This document shows positions 49,295-59,052 of a stretch of 64,000 bases of DNA, piece after piece. Below the pieces are notes generated by a model. That model was not told where the DNA came from. It saw only the letters and a list, made by a program, of their open reading frames with translations, and ran no database searches. A program made the position numbers and the translations under genes. Numbering within the stretch: position 1 is the first letter of the stretch; every line of letters begins with the position of its first letter. This stretch comes from Acidobacteriota bacterium (GTDB lineage: Bacteria; Acidobacteriota; UBA6911; RPQK01; JAJDTT01): assembly GCA_965217775.1 (NCBI GenBank), contig CBDCJH010000002.1, positions 4,352,001-4,416,000 of the forward strand, given 5' to 3'.

Positions 49295-49516
49295 ATGATG
49301 GGTGCTAGGAGTAGGAAGACGATGACACTCAACCTCACAGTAGCAGAGATGGAGACGCTGGAGGCGTTGAGCGAGAAGAAGGACTTGAGCAAGACGGCCC
49401 TTCTACGTCAGGCGTTGCGTATCTATCAAGTGATCGAGGCAAGGCTTGAGAGTGGCGACAAACTGTTTTTCGAGGATGAGAAGAACAAGCAAAAGGTCGA
49501 GGTCATGATGCTATGA
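49295..49516 (+). CDS. Ribbon-helix-helix (CopG-like) protein
   Basis: MTLNLT..E...LE.L......SKTALLRQAL. Confidence 0.8.
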   Translation: MMGARSRKTMTLNLTVAEMETLEALSEKKDLSKTALLRQALRIYQVIEARLESGDKLFFEDEKNKQKVEVMML

Positions 49517-50145
49517 CAGCAGGGGTTTCGGAAGTCCACCTCTTCAACGTGGCGCGCAGCGAACAGGAAACAGCCGAGCTGTGGGACGCCATCACGGAAG
49601 AGCAGCTCGCTGATTGGGAGGCCGAGTGGAGGCCTGCGTTGTTCGACTCGATACGGCGCCTCAAGATCGCGGGGATTGAGCGTCGACAGTGGCCGCAGAG
49701 CCGCCACTGGGATTGGAGCAGAAAGGTTGAGGCGCAAGGGGGGATGTTGGCCAATCCTGGCTTCAGCATTGTCTGCGACGGCCTGACACAAGGCATGATG
49801 ATCGTTGACACGGCGAAGCACCGATGCCGGATCGATGGACAGAAAGGCAAGCATCTGGTGTACGTAGAGTTCGTCGAGAACGCCCCTTGGAACCGCGCGG
49901 AGTTGTTCACTCCTCCGCGATACCGAGGCGTCGGTAGCATTCTGATCAGGGCTGCCGTCGCGCTGAGCGAAGAGTTGGAGTTTCACGGACGAATCGGTCT
50001 CCACTCGCTGCCCCAGGCGAATAGATTCTATGCTGATACCTGCGGCATGACGGATCTTGGGACTGATCGCGACCGTCAGGGTCTGCGCTACTTCGAGATG
50101 ACGCCCGAACAGGCGCAGGCCTTCGTCAAGAAAGGGAGGAGGTAG
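49513..50145 (+). CDS. GNAT acetyltransferase
   Basis: Motif A RYRGVGSILI; LHSLPQANRFY...GM; ATGA overlap with RHH gene. Confidence 0.85.
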   Translation: MTAGVSEVHLFNVARSEQETAELWDAITEEQLADWEAEWRPALFDSIRRLKIAGIERRQWPQSRHWDWSRKVEAQGGMLANPGFSIVCDGLTQGMMIVDTAKHRCRIDGQKGKHLVYVEFVENAPWNRAELFTPPRYRGVGSILIRAAVALSEELEFHGRIGLHSLPQANRFYADTCGMTDLGTDRDRQGLRYFEMTPEQAQAFVKKGRR

Positions 50146-50147
50146 CT

Positions 50148-50633
50148 ATGAAGTTGAGAATCAGCAAGGAGTGGTGCATGCGCATGGCCCAGCTTGAGGG
50201 TGACGCCGAAATTGGCGCCGGTCGCCTGGCGATCAATCCGGTGTTGGACGGTGATGCTACCCCAGTTGTCGACAGAGACGACGAAGAACCGAACATCGTC
50301 TTCGGCCGTTTAATCAATCTTATGCGCCGACACCGGCGGGTCAGCCTTGAGCAGCTTGCCAAGGACGCGGACGTGACCGTGACGGAACTAGTCGAGATTG
50401 AAAGCGACATGCGCTATAAGGCTTCGTTGCGCACAACCTACCAACTTGCCAACTACTTCAATATGCCTCGGTCCGGTTTCATGCAAGTGGCCGGATTGAC
50501 CGCACGGAAGAATGCACGGCTGTCCGACGAGGCAGTTCGCTTTGCCGCACGTGCGGAGCCAACAGCAGAACTGACGCTGGAAGAGAACGCGGCTTTGGAA
50601 GCGTTCGTTGCCGTTCTCAGCAAGCAGAAATAA
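50148..50633 (+). CDS. XRE-family HTH regulator
   Basis: FGRLINLMRR...SLEQLAKDADV...LVEIE. Confidence 0.85.
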   Translation: MKLRISKEWCMRMAQLEGDAEIGAGRLAINPVLDGDATPVVDRDDEEPNIVFGRLINLMRRHRRVSLEQLAKDADVTVTELVEIESDMRYKASLRTTYQLANYFNMPRSGFMQVAGLTARKNARLSDEAVRFAARAEPTAELTLEENAALEAFVAVLSKQK

Positions 50634-50650
50634 CGAAATGGAAATCTGTT

Positions 50651-51586
50651 TTGACCAGAAATTTCATAATTGCCGCCAAGACAACCAACGACATTGACAG
50701 GCGCATCGAGCGTGTTCTGCGGGGGCTCGACTATCCCGACCCACCGCTCTGTCTGGAGGATGTGCGCGAGTTATTGCAGCTTGATCGTAAATTCTACACT
50801 GCGGAAAACCCAAGCGTCGTAAAGGAGGTCATCAGTCGAATGCGTGTTGCCGGAATCCAAGTGTACAAAAGGCCGACGTTGCTCATTGATGCGATCAAGA
50901 AGTCTTCGCTCAGAGCTCTATATCTTCCGGACCGCAAGCGAATTCTGCTGGACAAGACGTTGCCTAAACTTAAGCACCGCTGGAACGAGGCACACGAAAT
51001 CGGGCACAGCATAATCCCATGGCATCATGACATCATGCTCGGGGACAACCGTCTCACGCTCTCCCAAGATTGCCAAGAGCAGGTAGAGGCCGAAGCCAAT
51101 CTCGCGGCCGGCAGGCTGCTTTTTCTCGGTGACCGCTTCAGCGAGGAAGCCGAATCTCTAGAACCCACAATCGCGACCATACGAGAATTAAAAAAGACGT
51201 TTGGAAACACCCTTTCTACAACGCTTTACAGGTTCGTCGAGTCTGTCGGCGACAATCTTCCCGTCGCAGGTATGATCACGCGCCATCCGCACCCGTCGCG
51301 AAGAGCGGACAACTTCGATCCCTTGGATCCATGTCGACATTTCATTCGATCAGCAGCTTTCGAGCGAAATTTTAGGACAATATCTGAAGCAGTACTGTTT
51401 GCTGAGGTAGCTGGATATTGCGGCGCTCAACGTGGTGGGCCTTTGGGTGAAGACGAGGTTGTGCTTACAGACGATAACGGAAACCGCCACTGCTTCTACT
51501 TCGAGACGTTCTTTAATCGATACGACGCTCTGACGCTGGGTCGATATCTTCACCCTGTGTACCTTAGCACGCCAATATCGACGTAG
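50651..51586 (+). CDS. ImmA/IrrE (CapP-like) metallopeptidase
   Basis: RWNEAHEIGH (HExxH) and EAEANLAAGRLL. Confidence 0.88.
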   Translation: MTRNFIIAAKTTNDIDRRIERVLRGLDYPDPPLCLEDVRELLQLDRKFYTAENPSVVKEVISRMRVAGIQVYKRPTLLIDAIKKSSLRALYLPDRKRILLDKTLPKLKHRWNEAHEIGHSIIPWHHDIMLGDNRLTLSQDCQEQVEAEANLAAGRLLFLGDRFSEEAESLEPTIATIRELKKTFGNTLSTTLYRFVESVGDNLPVAGMITRHPHPSRRADNFDPLDPCRHFIRSAAFERNFRTISEAVLFAEVAGYCGAQRGGPLGEDEVVLTDDNGNRHCFYFETFFNRYDALTLGRYLHPVYLSTPIST

Positions 51587-51809
51587 ATTCGGCGCGCTTA
51601 CGTATTGTCGCAGCGAGAGACGCCAAAGGGAGGCACTCCAAATCGTGGCTGCGAAAGAGGGTTTCAGCTGCTCCAATCATCAGGGCGGAGAATGGTCCGT
51701 ATTCACACTTGTACTCCTGCGTTCAGGAGTTGCCCGAAAGACGCAAGGCACTGGCGGCGAAAAAGGGCGATGGAGTAAAGGAGGTAACGGGGCCCCTTCT
51801 CCCTGGCTA

Positions 51810-53282
51810 TCAGGCAATCAGCTCGTGCACGACGTTTCCGTAGACGTCTGTCAAACGAAAATCCCGGCTGTTGTGGCGGAAGGTGAGCCGTTCATGATCC
51901 AGGCCCAGCAGGTGAAGAATCGTGGCGTGGAGATCGTGATGCGAGACGCGGTCCTTGATGGCGTGCATGCCAAGATCGTCGGTGGCGCCGTGGGTGATCC
52001 CCGGCTTGACGCCGCCGCCCGCCATCCACATGGAGAAGCCGTAGTGGTGATGGCCGCGGCCGAGGGATTCCTCCGTACGAGCCTCCTCCATCGGAGTGCG
52101 GCCGAACTCGGTGGCCCAAACGACGAGCGTCTCGTCCAGCAGCCCGCGTGACTTCAGGTCCATGATGAGGGCCGTGACGCCTTGATCGGTGCGCGCCGCG
52201 TTTGTGCGGTGGTTGTCGATGAGCCCGCCGCGATTTCCGTGCGCGTCCCATCGCCGCCCGTGGGCGCCGTCGAGAATCTCCACGAAACGGACCCCGCTCT
52301 CCACCAGCCGTCTCGCCGTCAGGCACTTCCTCCCGAATTCGGTGTCGCCGTAGAGCGCCTTCACCGACTTCGGTTCGTTTCGGATATCGAAGAGTTGCGG
52401 CGCTTCCATCTGCATGCGAAACGCCGTCTCGAATGCGGCGATACGCGCGTCGAGCTCGGGCTGAGTGGCGTGCATGCCGCGGTGGAGGCGATTCAACTTC
52501 CGCACCAGATCCAACTGCTTGCTCTGCTGGCCTCGGGTGAGAAATTTCGGCGCCGTGATGTGCGGCACGGGCGGTGTCCCGGCCTTGACGTCCGCCAACG
52601 TGGCCTGGTGGATTCCCGGGAGGAATCCGGCATCGTAAAGCGCACGCCCGCCGGACGGAAGGCCGTCCTTCATCACCACGAATCCCGGCATGTTCCGATT
52701 CTCTGTCCCCAGCCCGTAGGTTACCCAGGAGCCAAGACTAGGGTGGCCCTGTATGGAATAACCCGTGTGCATGAGGATCTGGCCGGTGGAGTGAATCGCC
52801 GAATCGGTGTGCATCGAGTTGATGAACGCGATTTCGTCGACCACTTTCGTCAGGTTCGGGAAGATCTCGCTGACCCAGGCGCCGCTCTGGCCGTAGCGCT
52901 TGAAGGAGAACACCGGCGGAACGATACGCGTGTTGGTGTAGTCCTTCTCCGGGTTCAGGCCTTCCAGGTCTTCCTTGGAGAAGATCTCTCGCGCCAATTT
53001 TCCGGCGTATTTGTTCAGAAGCGGCTTGTGGTCGAAGGTCTCAAGCTGGCTTGCGCCGCCGACCATGAACAGCAAGATGACGTTCTTCGCCTTGGGAGCG
53101 AAGTGTGGCTGTCTGGGTGCGAGTGGCTCGCTGAGGTCGGCCGCGGGTACGGCCGGCGCACCGATTGCCGTCTCGTCCGTGAGCAGGCTGGCCAGAGCGA
53201 TGCCGCCCAGGCCGAGTTCCTTGAGGAACCCACGGCGATCCCAACCGACCGGTGGAGTTCCGTAGTTTGCGTCAGTCAACAT
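51810..53282 (-). CDS. DUF1501 protein (paralog)
   Basis: DRRGFL Tat signal, GGASQLETFDHKP, ATEFGRTP, GATDD. Confidence 0.92.
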   Translation of the reverse strand: MLTDANYGTPPVGWDRRGFLKELGLGGIALASLLTDETAIGAPAVPAADLSEPLAPRQPHFAPKAKNVILLFMVGGASQLETFDHKPLLNKYAGKLAREIFSKEDLEGLNPEKDYTNTRIVPPVFSFKRYGQSGAWVSEIFPNLTKVVDEIAFINSMHTDSAIHSTGQILMHTGYSIQGHPSLGSWVTYGLGTENRNMPGFVVMKDGLPSGGRALYDAGFLPGIHQATLADVKAGTPPVPHITAPKFLTRGQQSKQLDLVRKLNRLHRGMHATQPELDARIAAFETAFRMQMEAPQLFDIRNEPKSVKALYGDTEFGRKCLTARRLVESGVRFVEILDGAHGRRWDAHGNRGGLIDNHRTNAARTDQGVTALIMDLKSRGLLDETLVVWATEFGRTPMEEARTEESLGRGHHHYGFSMWMAGGGVKPGITHGATDDLGMHAIKDRVSHHDLHATILHLLGLDHERLTFRHNSRDFRLTDVYGNVVHELIA

Positions 53283-53326
53283 GGGTGAACCCGCTCAGGC
53301 TCGTGAGGGTGTAACGGTATTGTACA
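53272..53326 (-). pseudogene. Degenerate 3' end of a PSD1 gene
   Basis: Aligns to 56766-56820; ends next to the junction motif at 53338. Confidence 0.55.
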
Positions 53327-53416
53327 GGAGAGGGGAGGTGGCTGTCCCACTCTCAGTCCCCTTCTCACACGGAAGACGGCGACAAGAAAGTCGCCGGTCC
53401 CAGTCGGCGGCAAGAA

Positions 53417-54059
53417 GTCGCGGTAGGGACGCCGGTTGCCCAGCGCCCCCCGCGCAGATCCGTGCGTTCCCGTTAAGGCACACGGCTCCTACCTCAGGTA
53501 GTGACGGCCGGCCGCGACGCCCACCGTATCCGACCCCCGCCTGTGTCACGCCAACCCGGCTCTGAGTCCGGTCCGTACTTTGGTGAGCCGAAATTCCCTT
53601 TGGTTCCACCCCTTCGCTCCACGGACTCCGCAGAGAGTTCCCCCTCCTTGTTCGCCCGCTTCATCACTACTATGGATGAATCCGATTGCTTCCTCTCTCC
53701 CCTCGTGGGGTACGGGTTCCTCCTTTCCCACAAGGCCCCGGCTCTCGCCGGGGTGAGAGCAAGCCCTCCCAGGTCCCGACACCAGATGTACGTACGTGCA
53801 TGGGTTCTTTGACACCGCAGAGCCCGGCTGCCCCTCACCCTGGCGGTCCAGCCGGTGTTGCCTTCGACCGCGACTACAGCCTCGGCACTTCCGATCAGGG
53901 AGCTTTCGATGCTCAATAGCCTGCCCATACGCACCGCTACCGACGCTTCGCCGACACCCTCACGGGTGCCCACGCTCGGCTCGCGGAGAAACGTGGATGG
54001 TTAGTCCTTCGTTTCAGCGGACTTTCACCGCCTATCTTGTGCCAGTTAGCCTGGCGCAC
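53417..54059 (-). ncRNA. ORF-less group II intron, copy 1 (643 bp)
   Basis: 5' GTGCG; domain V GAGCCGTGTGCCTTAACGGGAACGCACGGATC; domain VI ending CCCTACCGCGAC; no RT ORF. Confidence 0.92.
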
Positions 54060-54191
54060 AGTCGCCCCTCCTGGCAAGAAAGTCGGCGCTCCCGTGCGAT
54101 GCCGCGCAGGGTCGTGAGGTTGTGGCAATGGTGTACAAGGCGCGGAGAGAGGGGGCGAGTGTCCCCTTCTCCAGATAAGTCTCAATGTGAA

Positions 54192-54479
54192 TCAGATCAG
54201 GTCGTCGACGTCGACGCTGAGCGCCTCGGCGAGCGCGGCCAAGGTTCGAGCCGAGCCGGTGCGGACGCCCCTCTCGATTTGCGACAGATAGAGTGGATTG
54301 ATCCCAGCGGCACCGGCGAGCTGCTTCTGGGTCATGCCGCGATGGTCCCGGTATACCCTGACGGCGTTCTCTCCCGCCAGAAGGCGATCCGCTAACTTGA
54401 TTGGAAAAGACTTTCCCCCCACGGACTTGGCGTGATCGTAAAGCTCTTCGTCGGTTAGGCCTGCGGTGGCATCCAACAT
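54192..54479 (-). CDS. XRE HTH antitoxin-like protein, probably 5'-truncated
   Basis: GENAVRVYRDHRGMTQKQLA...YLSQIERG; junction motifs at 54157 and 54508. Confidence 0.75.
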   Translation of the reverse strand: MLDATAGLTDEELYDHAKSVGGKSFPIKLADRLLAGENAVRVYRDHRGMTQKQLAGAAGINPLYLSQIERGVRTGSARTLAALAEALSVDVDDLI

Positions 54480-54622
54480 CGTTAAGCGAGTGTACCCCTG
54501 AAAGATAGTGACTGTCCCCTTCTCGCCCTTCTCGCGCGCGCGTGTCCCCTACTCGCACGCTTCTCACTTCTCACGCGGAAGACGGCGACAAGAAAGTCGC
54601 CGGTCCCAGTCGGCGGCAAGAA

Positions 54623-55265
54623 GTCGCGGTAGGGACGCCGGTTGCCCAGCGCCCCCCGCGCAGATCCGTGCGTTCCCGTTAAGGCACACGGCTCCTACCT
54701 CAGGTAGTGACGGCCGGCCGCGACGCCCGCCGTATCCGACCCCCGCCTGTGTCACGCCAACCCGGCTCTGAGTCCGGTCCGTACTTTGGTGAGCCGAAAT
54801 TCCCTTTGGTTCCACCCCTTCGCTCCACGGACTCCGCAGAGAGTTCCCCCTCCTTGTTCGCCCGCTTCATCACTACTATGGATGAATCCGATTGCTTCCT
54901 CTCTCCCCTCGTGGGGTACGGGTTCCTCCTTTCCCACAAGGCCCCGGCTCTCGCCGGGGTGAGAGCAAGCCCTCCCAGGTCCCGACACCAGATGTACGTA
55001 CGTGCATGGGTTCTTTGACACCGCAGAGCCCGGCTGCCCCTCACCCTGGCGGTCCAGCCGGTGTTGCCTTCGACCGCGACTACAGCCTCGGCACTTCCGA
55101 TCAGGGAGCTTTCGATGCTCAATAGCCTGCCCATACGCACCGCTGCCGACGCTTCGCCGACACCCTCACGGGTGCCCACGCACGGCTCGCGGAGAAACGT
55201 GGATGGTTAGTCCTTCGTTTCAGCGGACTTTCACCGCCTATCTTGTGCCAGTTAGCCTGGCGCAC
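54623..55265 (-). ncRNA. ORF-less group II intron, copy 2 (643 bp)
   Basis: Near-identical to copy 1 (about three substitutions by eye). Confidence 0.92.
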
Positions 55266-55294
55266 AGTCGCCGCTCCCAGCGGGCGGCACCTGA

Positions 55295-56776
55295 TCAGGC
55301 GATGATGTCGTGGACGACGTTGCCGTAGACGTCGGTCAGGCGGAAGTCGCGGCTGTTGTGGCGGTAGGTGAGCCGTTCGTGATCCAGGCCCAGGAGGTGG
55401 AGGATGGTGGCGTGGAGATCGTGATGCGAGACGCGGTTCTTGATGGCGTGCATGCCGAGTTCGTCGGTGGCGCCATAGGTGATCCCCCGCTTGACGCCGC
55501 CGCCCGCCATCCACATGGTGAAGCCGTAATGGTGATGGCTGCGGCCAAGGGTTGTTTTGGTCAGTGACCTGTCCGCCTCCTCAAACGGCGTGCGGCCGAA
55601 CTCGGTGGCCCAGACGACGAGAGTCTCGTCCAGCAGGCCGCGTGACTTCAGGTCGATGATGAGCGCGGTGATGCCCTGATCGGTGCGCGCCGCGTTGGTG
55701 CGGTGGTTCTTGATGAGCCCGCCGCGGTTGCCGTGGGCGTCCCATTGCCGCCCGTGGGCGCCGTCGAGAATCTCCACGAAACGGACTCCGCTCTCCACCA
55801 TCCGTCTCGCCATCAGGCACTTCCTTCCGAAGTCGGTGTCGCCGTAGAGCGCCTTCACCGAGTCCGACTCGTTCCGGAAATCGAAGAGCCCCGGCGCTTC
55901 CATCTGCATGCGAAACGCCGTTTCGAAGGCAGCGATGCGGGCGTCGAGCTCGGGCTGCGTTGGATGTATCCCGCGGTGGAGGCGATTCAACTTCCGCAAC
56001 AGATTCAACTGCTGGCGATGCTGCCCCGGGTTCAGAAACGACGGCGCCTTGATGTGCGGCACCGGCGGATTTCCGGGCGTGACGTCCGCCAGCGTGGCCT
56101 GGTGGTAACCGGGGAGGAATCCGGAATCGTAAAGCGCGCGCCCACCGTCCGACCGTCCGTCCGTCATCACCACGAATCCCGGCATGTTCCGGTTTTCCGT
56201 CCCCAGCCCGTAGGTCACCCAGGAACCAAGACTGGGGTGGCCCTGCCTGGAATAGCCCGTGTGCATGAGGATCTGACCGGGGCCGTGAATCGGCACATCG
56301 GCATACATCGATTTGATGAATGTGATGTCGTCGACCACCTTCGTCAGGTGCGGGAAGATCTCGCTGACCCAAGCGCCGCTCTGGCCATAGCGCTCGAAAG
56401 AGAACACCGGCGGCACGATTTTCGAGCTGTAGAACGTCTTTGACGGATTCAGGCCGTCCAGATCCTCTTTAGGGAAGATGTCCTTGGCCTCTTTTCCGCC
56501 GTACTTTTTCAGAAGCGGCTTGTGATCGAACGTCTCAATCTGGCTTGCGCCACCGACCATGAACAGGAAGATGACGTTCCTCGCCTTGGGAGTGAAGTGA
56601 GGCTGCCGGGGCGCAAGTGGATCGCTGAGATCAACCGCCGGCACGGCCCCTGCGCCGCTCGCCTTCGGGTCCGCGACCAGGCTGGCCAGCGCGATGCTGC
56701 CCAGGCCGAGTTCCTTGAGAAACCCACGGCGGTCCGGTCCAACCGGTCCCGCTCCGTAGGCTGCGTCAGTGGACAT
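55295..56776 (-). CDS. DUF1501 protein
   Basis: Same motifs; overlaps upstream PSD1 gene. Confidence 0.92.
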   Translation of the reverse strand: MSTDAAYGAGPVGPDRRGFLKELGLGSIALASLVADPKASGAGAVPAVDLSDPLAPRQPHFTPKARNVIFLFMVGGASQIETFDHKPLLKKYGGKEAKDIFPKEDLDGLNPSKTFYSSKIVPPVFSFERYGQSGAWVSEIFPHLTKVVDDITFIKSMYADVPIHGPGQILMHTGYSRQGHPSLGSWVTYGLGTENRNMPGFVVMTDGRSDGGRALYDSGFLPGYHQATLADVTPGNPPVPHIKAPSFLNPGQHRQQLNLLRKLNRLHRGIHPTQPELDARIAAFETAFRMQMEAPGLFDFRNESDSVKALYGDTDFGRKCLMARRMVESGVRFVEILDGAHGRQWDAHGNRGGLIKNHRTNAARTDQGITALIIDLKSRGLLDETLVVWATEFGRTPFEEADRSLTKTTLGRSHHHYGFTMWMAGGGVKRGITYGATDELGMHAIKNRVSHHDLHATILHLLGLDHERLTYRHNSRDFRLTDVYGNVVHDIIA

Positions 56777-58967
56777 AGATGAACTCGTTCAGGTTCATGA
56801 GCGAATGGCAGTATTGCACCAATGGGCCTGGAGCATCCGAGGACCCGGTCTCCCCGCTTTCCTCCAACGCACCGGCGCGCCGTTGACCGAGAAACGACAG
56901 GCCGATCTCGCGTTCTTCCGCAGTCGGCGGCCGGGAAAGAGCGATCCCGTAGGCCGTCTCGACCTGCCGGCCGGGATCGTCTCCGACCCTTTCCCGCACC
57001 CGTTGTGCGAAGCGCTCAGCCTGCTCCCACACGAATGGCGCATTCAGCATGAAGGCCGTGCCGCTCGGGGTCGTGCTGACGTCACGAAGGCCGATGCTCT
57101 GGGTGTTGTCGGGCGGGTCGAAGATCTTCAGCACCGGATGGAGGTTCAACCGCGGAGCCATGAGGTAGACGGACCGGCGCCAGGTGTCCGGCGTGTCCTG
57201 GAACGGGTTCTTGCGGTTGCCGATGGGAATGCTGGGCCCGTACAGGCCGGGGCGCAGAGCTCCGGAGACGCTCAACATGTGATCGCGGATGATTTCAGAC
57301 TCCATGCGCACGGGCCGGCGGTGCCACAGGTACTCGTTGTAGGCATCCTGCCGGGCCTGAGCCAATTTGGTGCCAGCCGCCTGTTTGTAAGCTGCGCTGT
57401 TCATGATCAGCCGGTGGATCGGTTTCAGTCGCCAGCTTTCCCGGATGAGCTGGGACGCGAGCCAATCCAGCAGATCGGGATGCGTGGGCTCGGTGCCGAG
57501 TTTGCCGAAATCATTCGGGGTGCTGACGATGCCGCGCCCGAAATGATGCTGCCAGAGACGATTGACGATCACCCGGGCCAGCAACCCGCCGGCGCCATGC
57601 TCCACGTCGGTGAGCCAGTTGGCAAGCATCCGAAGCTTCGGCGCTTCAAGCTGCGCCTCGGGGCCAGCGGCGGCCTCGGGACGGGGCCGCCAATCCTCCG
57701 CGCTGCGCCCGTCCCCCATCAAGACGCGCAGGAACCCCGGCTCGACCGGCTTGACGGGGCTCTCCCAACTGCCAGCGGCCAGTAGATGGGGGGTGGTCAC
57801 CGCGAGGGCGACGAACTTGCCCCCTGCATCCGGTTCTTCCTCAGCTTCGTCGAAGAATACGGCCGTCAACTGGTAGTACTCTTCGGCCGTGATCGGGTCG
57901 ATCTTGTGGTCGTGGCACCGCGCACACCCGACCGTCATGGCAAGGAACGCTTGACCGGTCGCCGACACCATGTCGTCGAGGCGGTGAAACTTGCGTTCGT
58001 TGGGATTTTCGGTCGTGCCCAGGTTGGTTCCCATCTGAACGAACATGCCCAGGTCGCGAAGTGCGGCGGGGAAACCCTTCGGAGCCCCGGCAATCTGGCA
58101 GCGGACGAACTCATCGTAAGGAAGGTCGTCATTGAAAGCGCGAATCACGGCGTCGCGGTATCGATACGCGTCCTCTCGAATTGCGTTGTCCCCCTCATGG
58201 GCTCCTTTGCTCTCGCCAAAGCGAGCCACATCCAACCAGTGCCGTCCCCACCGTTCCCCGTAGTGCGGGTTGGCGAGCAGCCGGTCGACGAGTTCGTGAA
58301 AGGGATCCGCAGAGGAATCTCGAACGAACGCCTGGACTTCTTCGGGGGCGGGCGCGAGACCGATCAGGTCGAAGTAGGCGCGGCGAATCAGGGTGGGCCG
58401 ATCGGCCTCCTGCGCCGGGCGAAACTGCATCTCGTGCAGCTTGGCGAGGAGGAAACGATCGATGGGCGAGTCTGTCCACGCGGCCTCGTCCGAACTTGCC
58501 GCCGAGATCTGAGGCGGGTCGACAGCACGCAGGGGGTGGAAGGCCCAGTGCCGGCGTCCTGACTCGAGATCCGTTTTCCCGGGTTCAGCGGCCTGCGCAT
58601 CCCTCGGATACGGCGCGCCGAGGGTCACCCATTGGACGAAATCAGCGATGACCGAGTCAGACAGTTTGCCGCCGGGCGGCATTGCCAAGCTGCGATCGGT
58701 GTGCTTGAGGGCCTCGATCAGAATGGACTGGTCGGGTCGGCCCGGCACGACGGCGGGGCCCCGCGACCCGCCTTGCTCGACACCCTCCCGCGTGTCGAGC
58801 TGCAGTTTCCCAAACAGCATTCCCGCGCGGTCGGCCTCCGCCGAATGACACTGATAGCAGCGCTCCGACAGAACCGGACGGATCTTCTTTTCGAAGAAGT
58901 TGATACGGTTCTGCCTGGGTTCCTCGGGGGCTCCGAGCAGGCTGAGGGCAATTACGATAAGGATCAC
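56766..58967 (-). CDS. PSCyt/DUF1549/DUF1553 protein
   Basis: [39 protein letters not shown]. Confidence 0.92.
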   Translation of the reverse strand: MILIVIALSLLGAPEEPRQNRINFFEKKIRPVLSERCYQCHSAEADRAGMLFGKLQLDTREGVEQGGSRGPAVVPGRPDQSILIEALKHTDRSLAMPPGGKLSDSVIADFVQWVTLGAPYPRDAQAAEPGKTDLESGRRHWAFHPLRAVDPPQISAASSDEAAWTDSPIDRFLLAKLHEMQFRPAQEADRPTLIRRAYFDLIGLAPAPEEVQAFVRDSSADPFHELVDRLLANPHYGERWGRHWLDVARFGESKGAHEGDNAIREDAYRYRDAVIRAFNDDLPYDEFVRCQIAGAPKGFPAALRDLGMFVQMGTNLGTTENPNERKFHRLDDMVSATGQAFLAMTVGCARCHDHKIDPITAEEYYQLTAVFFDEAEEEPDAGGKFVALAVTTPHLLAAGSWESPVKPVEPGFLRVLMGDGRSAEDWRPRPEAAAGPEAQLEAPKLRMLANWLTDVEHGAGGLLARVIVNRLWQHHFGRGIVSTPNDFGKLGTEPTHPDLLDWLASQLIRESWRLKPIHRLIMNSAAYKQAAGTKLAQARQDAYNEYLWHRRPVRMESEIIRDHMLSVSGALRPGLYGPSIPIGNRKNPFQDTPDTWRRSVYLMAPRLNLHPVLKIFDPPDNTQSIGLRDVSTTPSGTAFMLNAPFVWEQAERFAQRVRERVGDDPGRQVETAYGIALSRPPTAEEREIGLSFLGQRRAGALEESGETGSSDAPGPLVQYCHSLMNLNEFIYVH

Positions 58968-59052
58968 GCGACTACCTTACACTTGTAATCGGGATTTTAT
59001 GTTGGATTGCAGAAGGAATTCCACCAGGCGAACGGACGCGTGCCCTGGAACC

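Noticed and set aside
53295-55328. Duplicated short ORFs within the 643-bp repeats
   Set aside because: Spurious frames over structured intron RNA; no RT motifs such as YADD.
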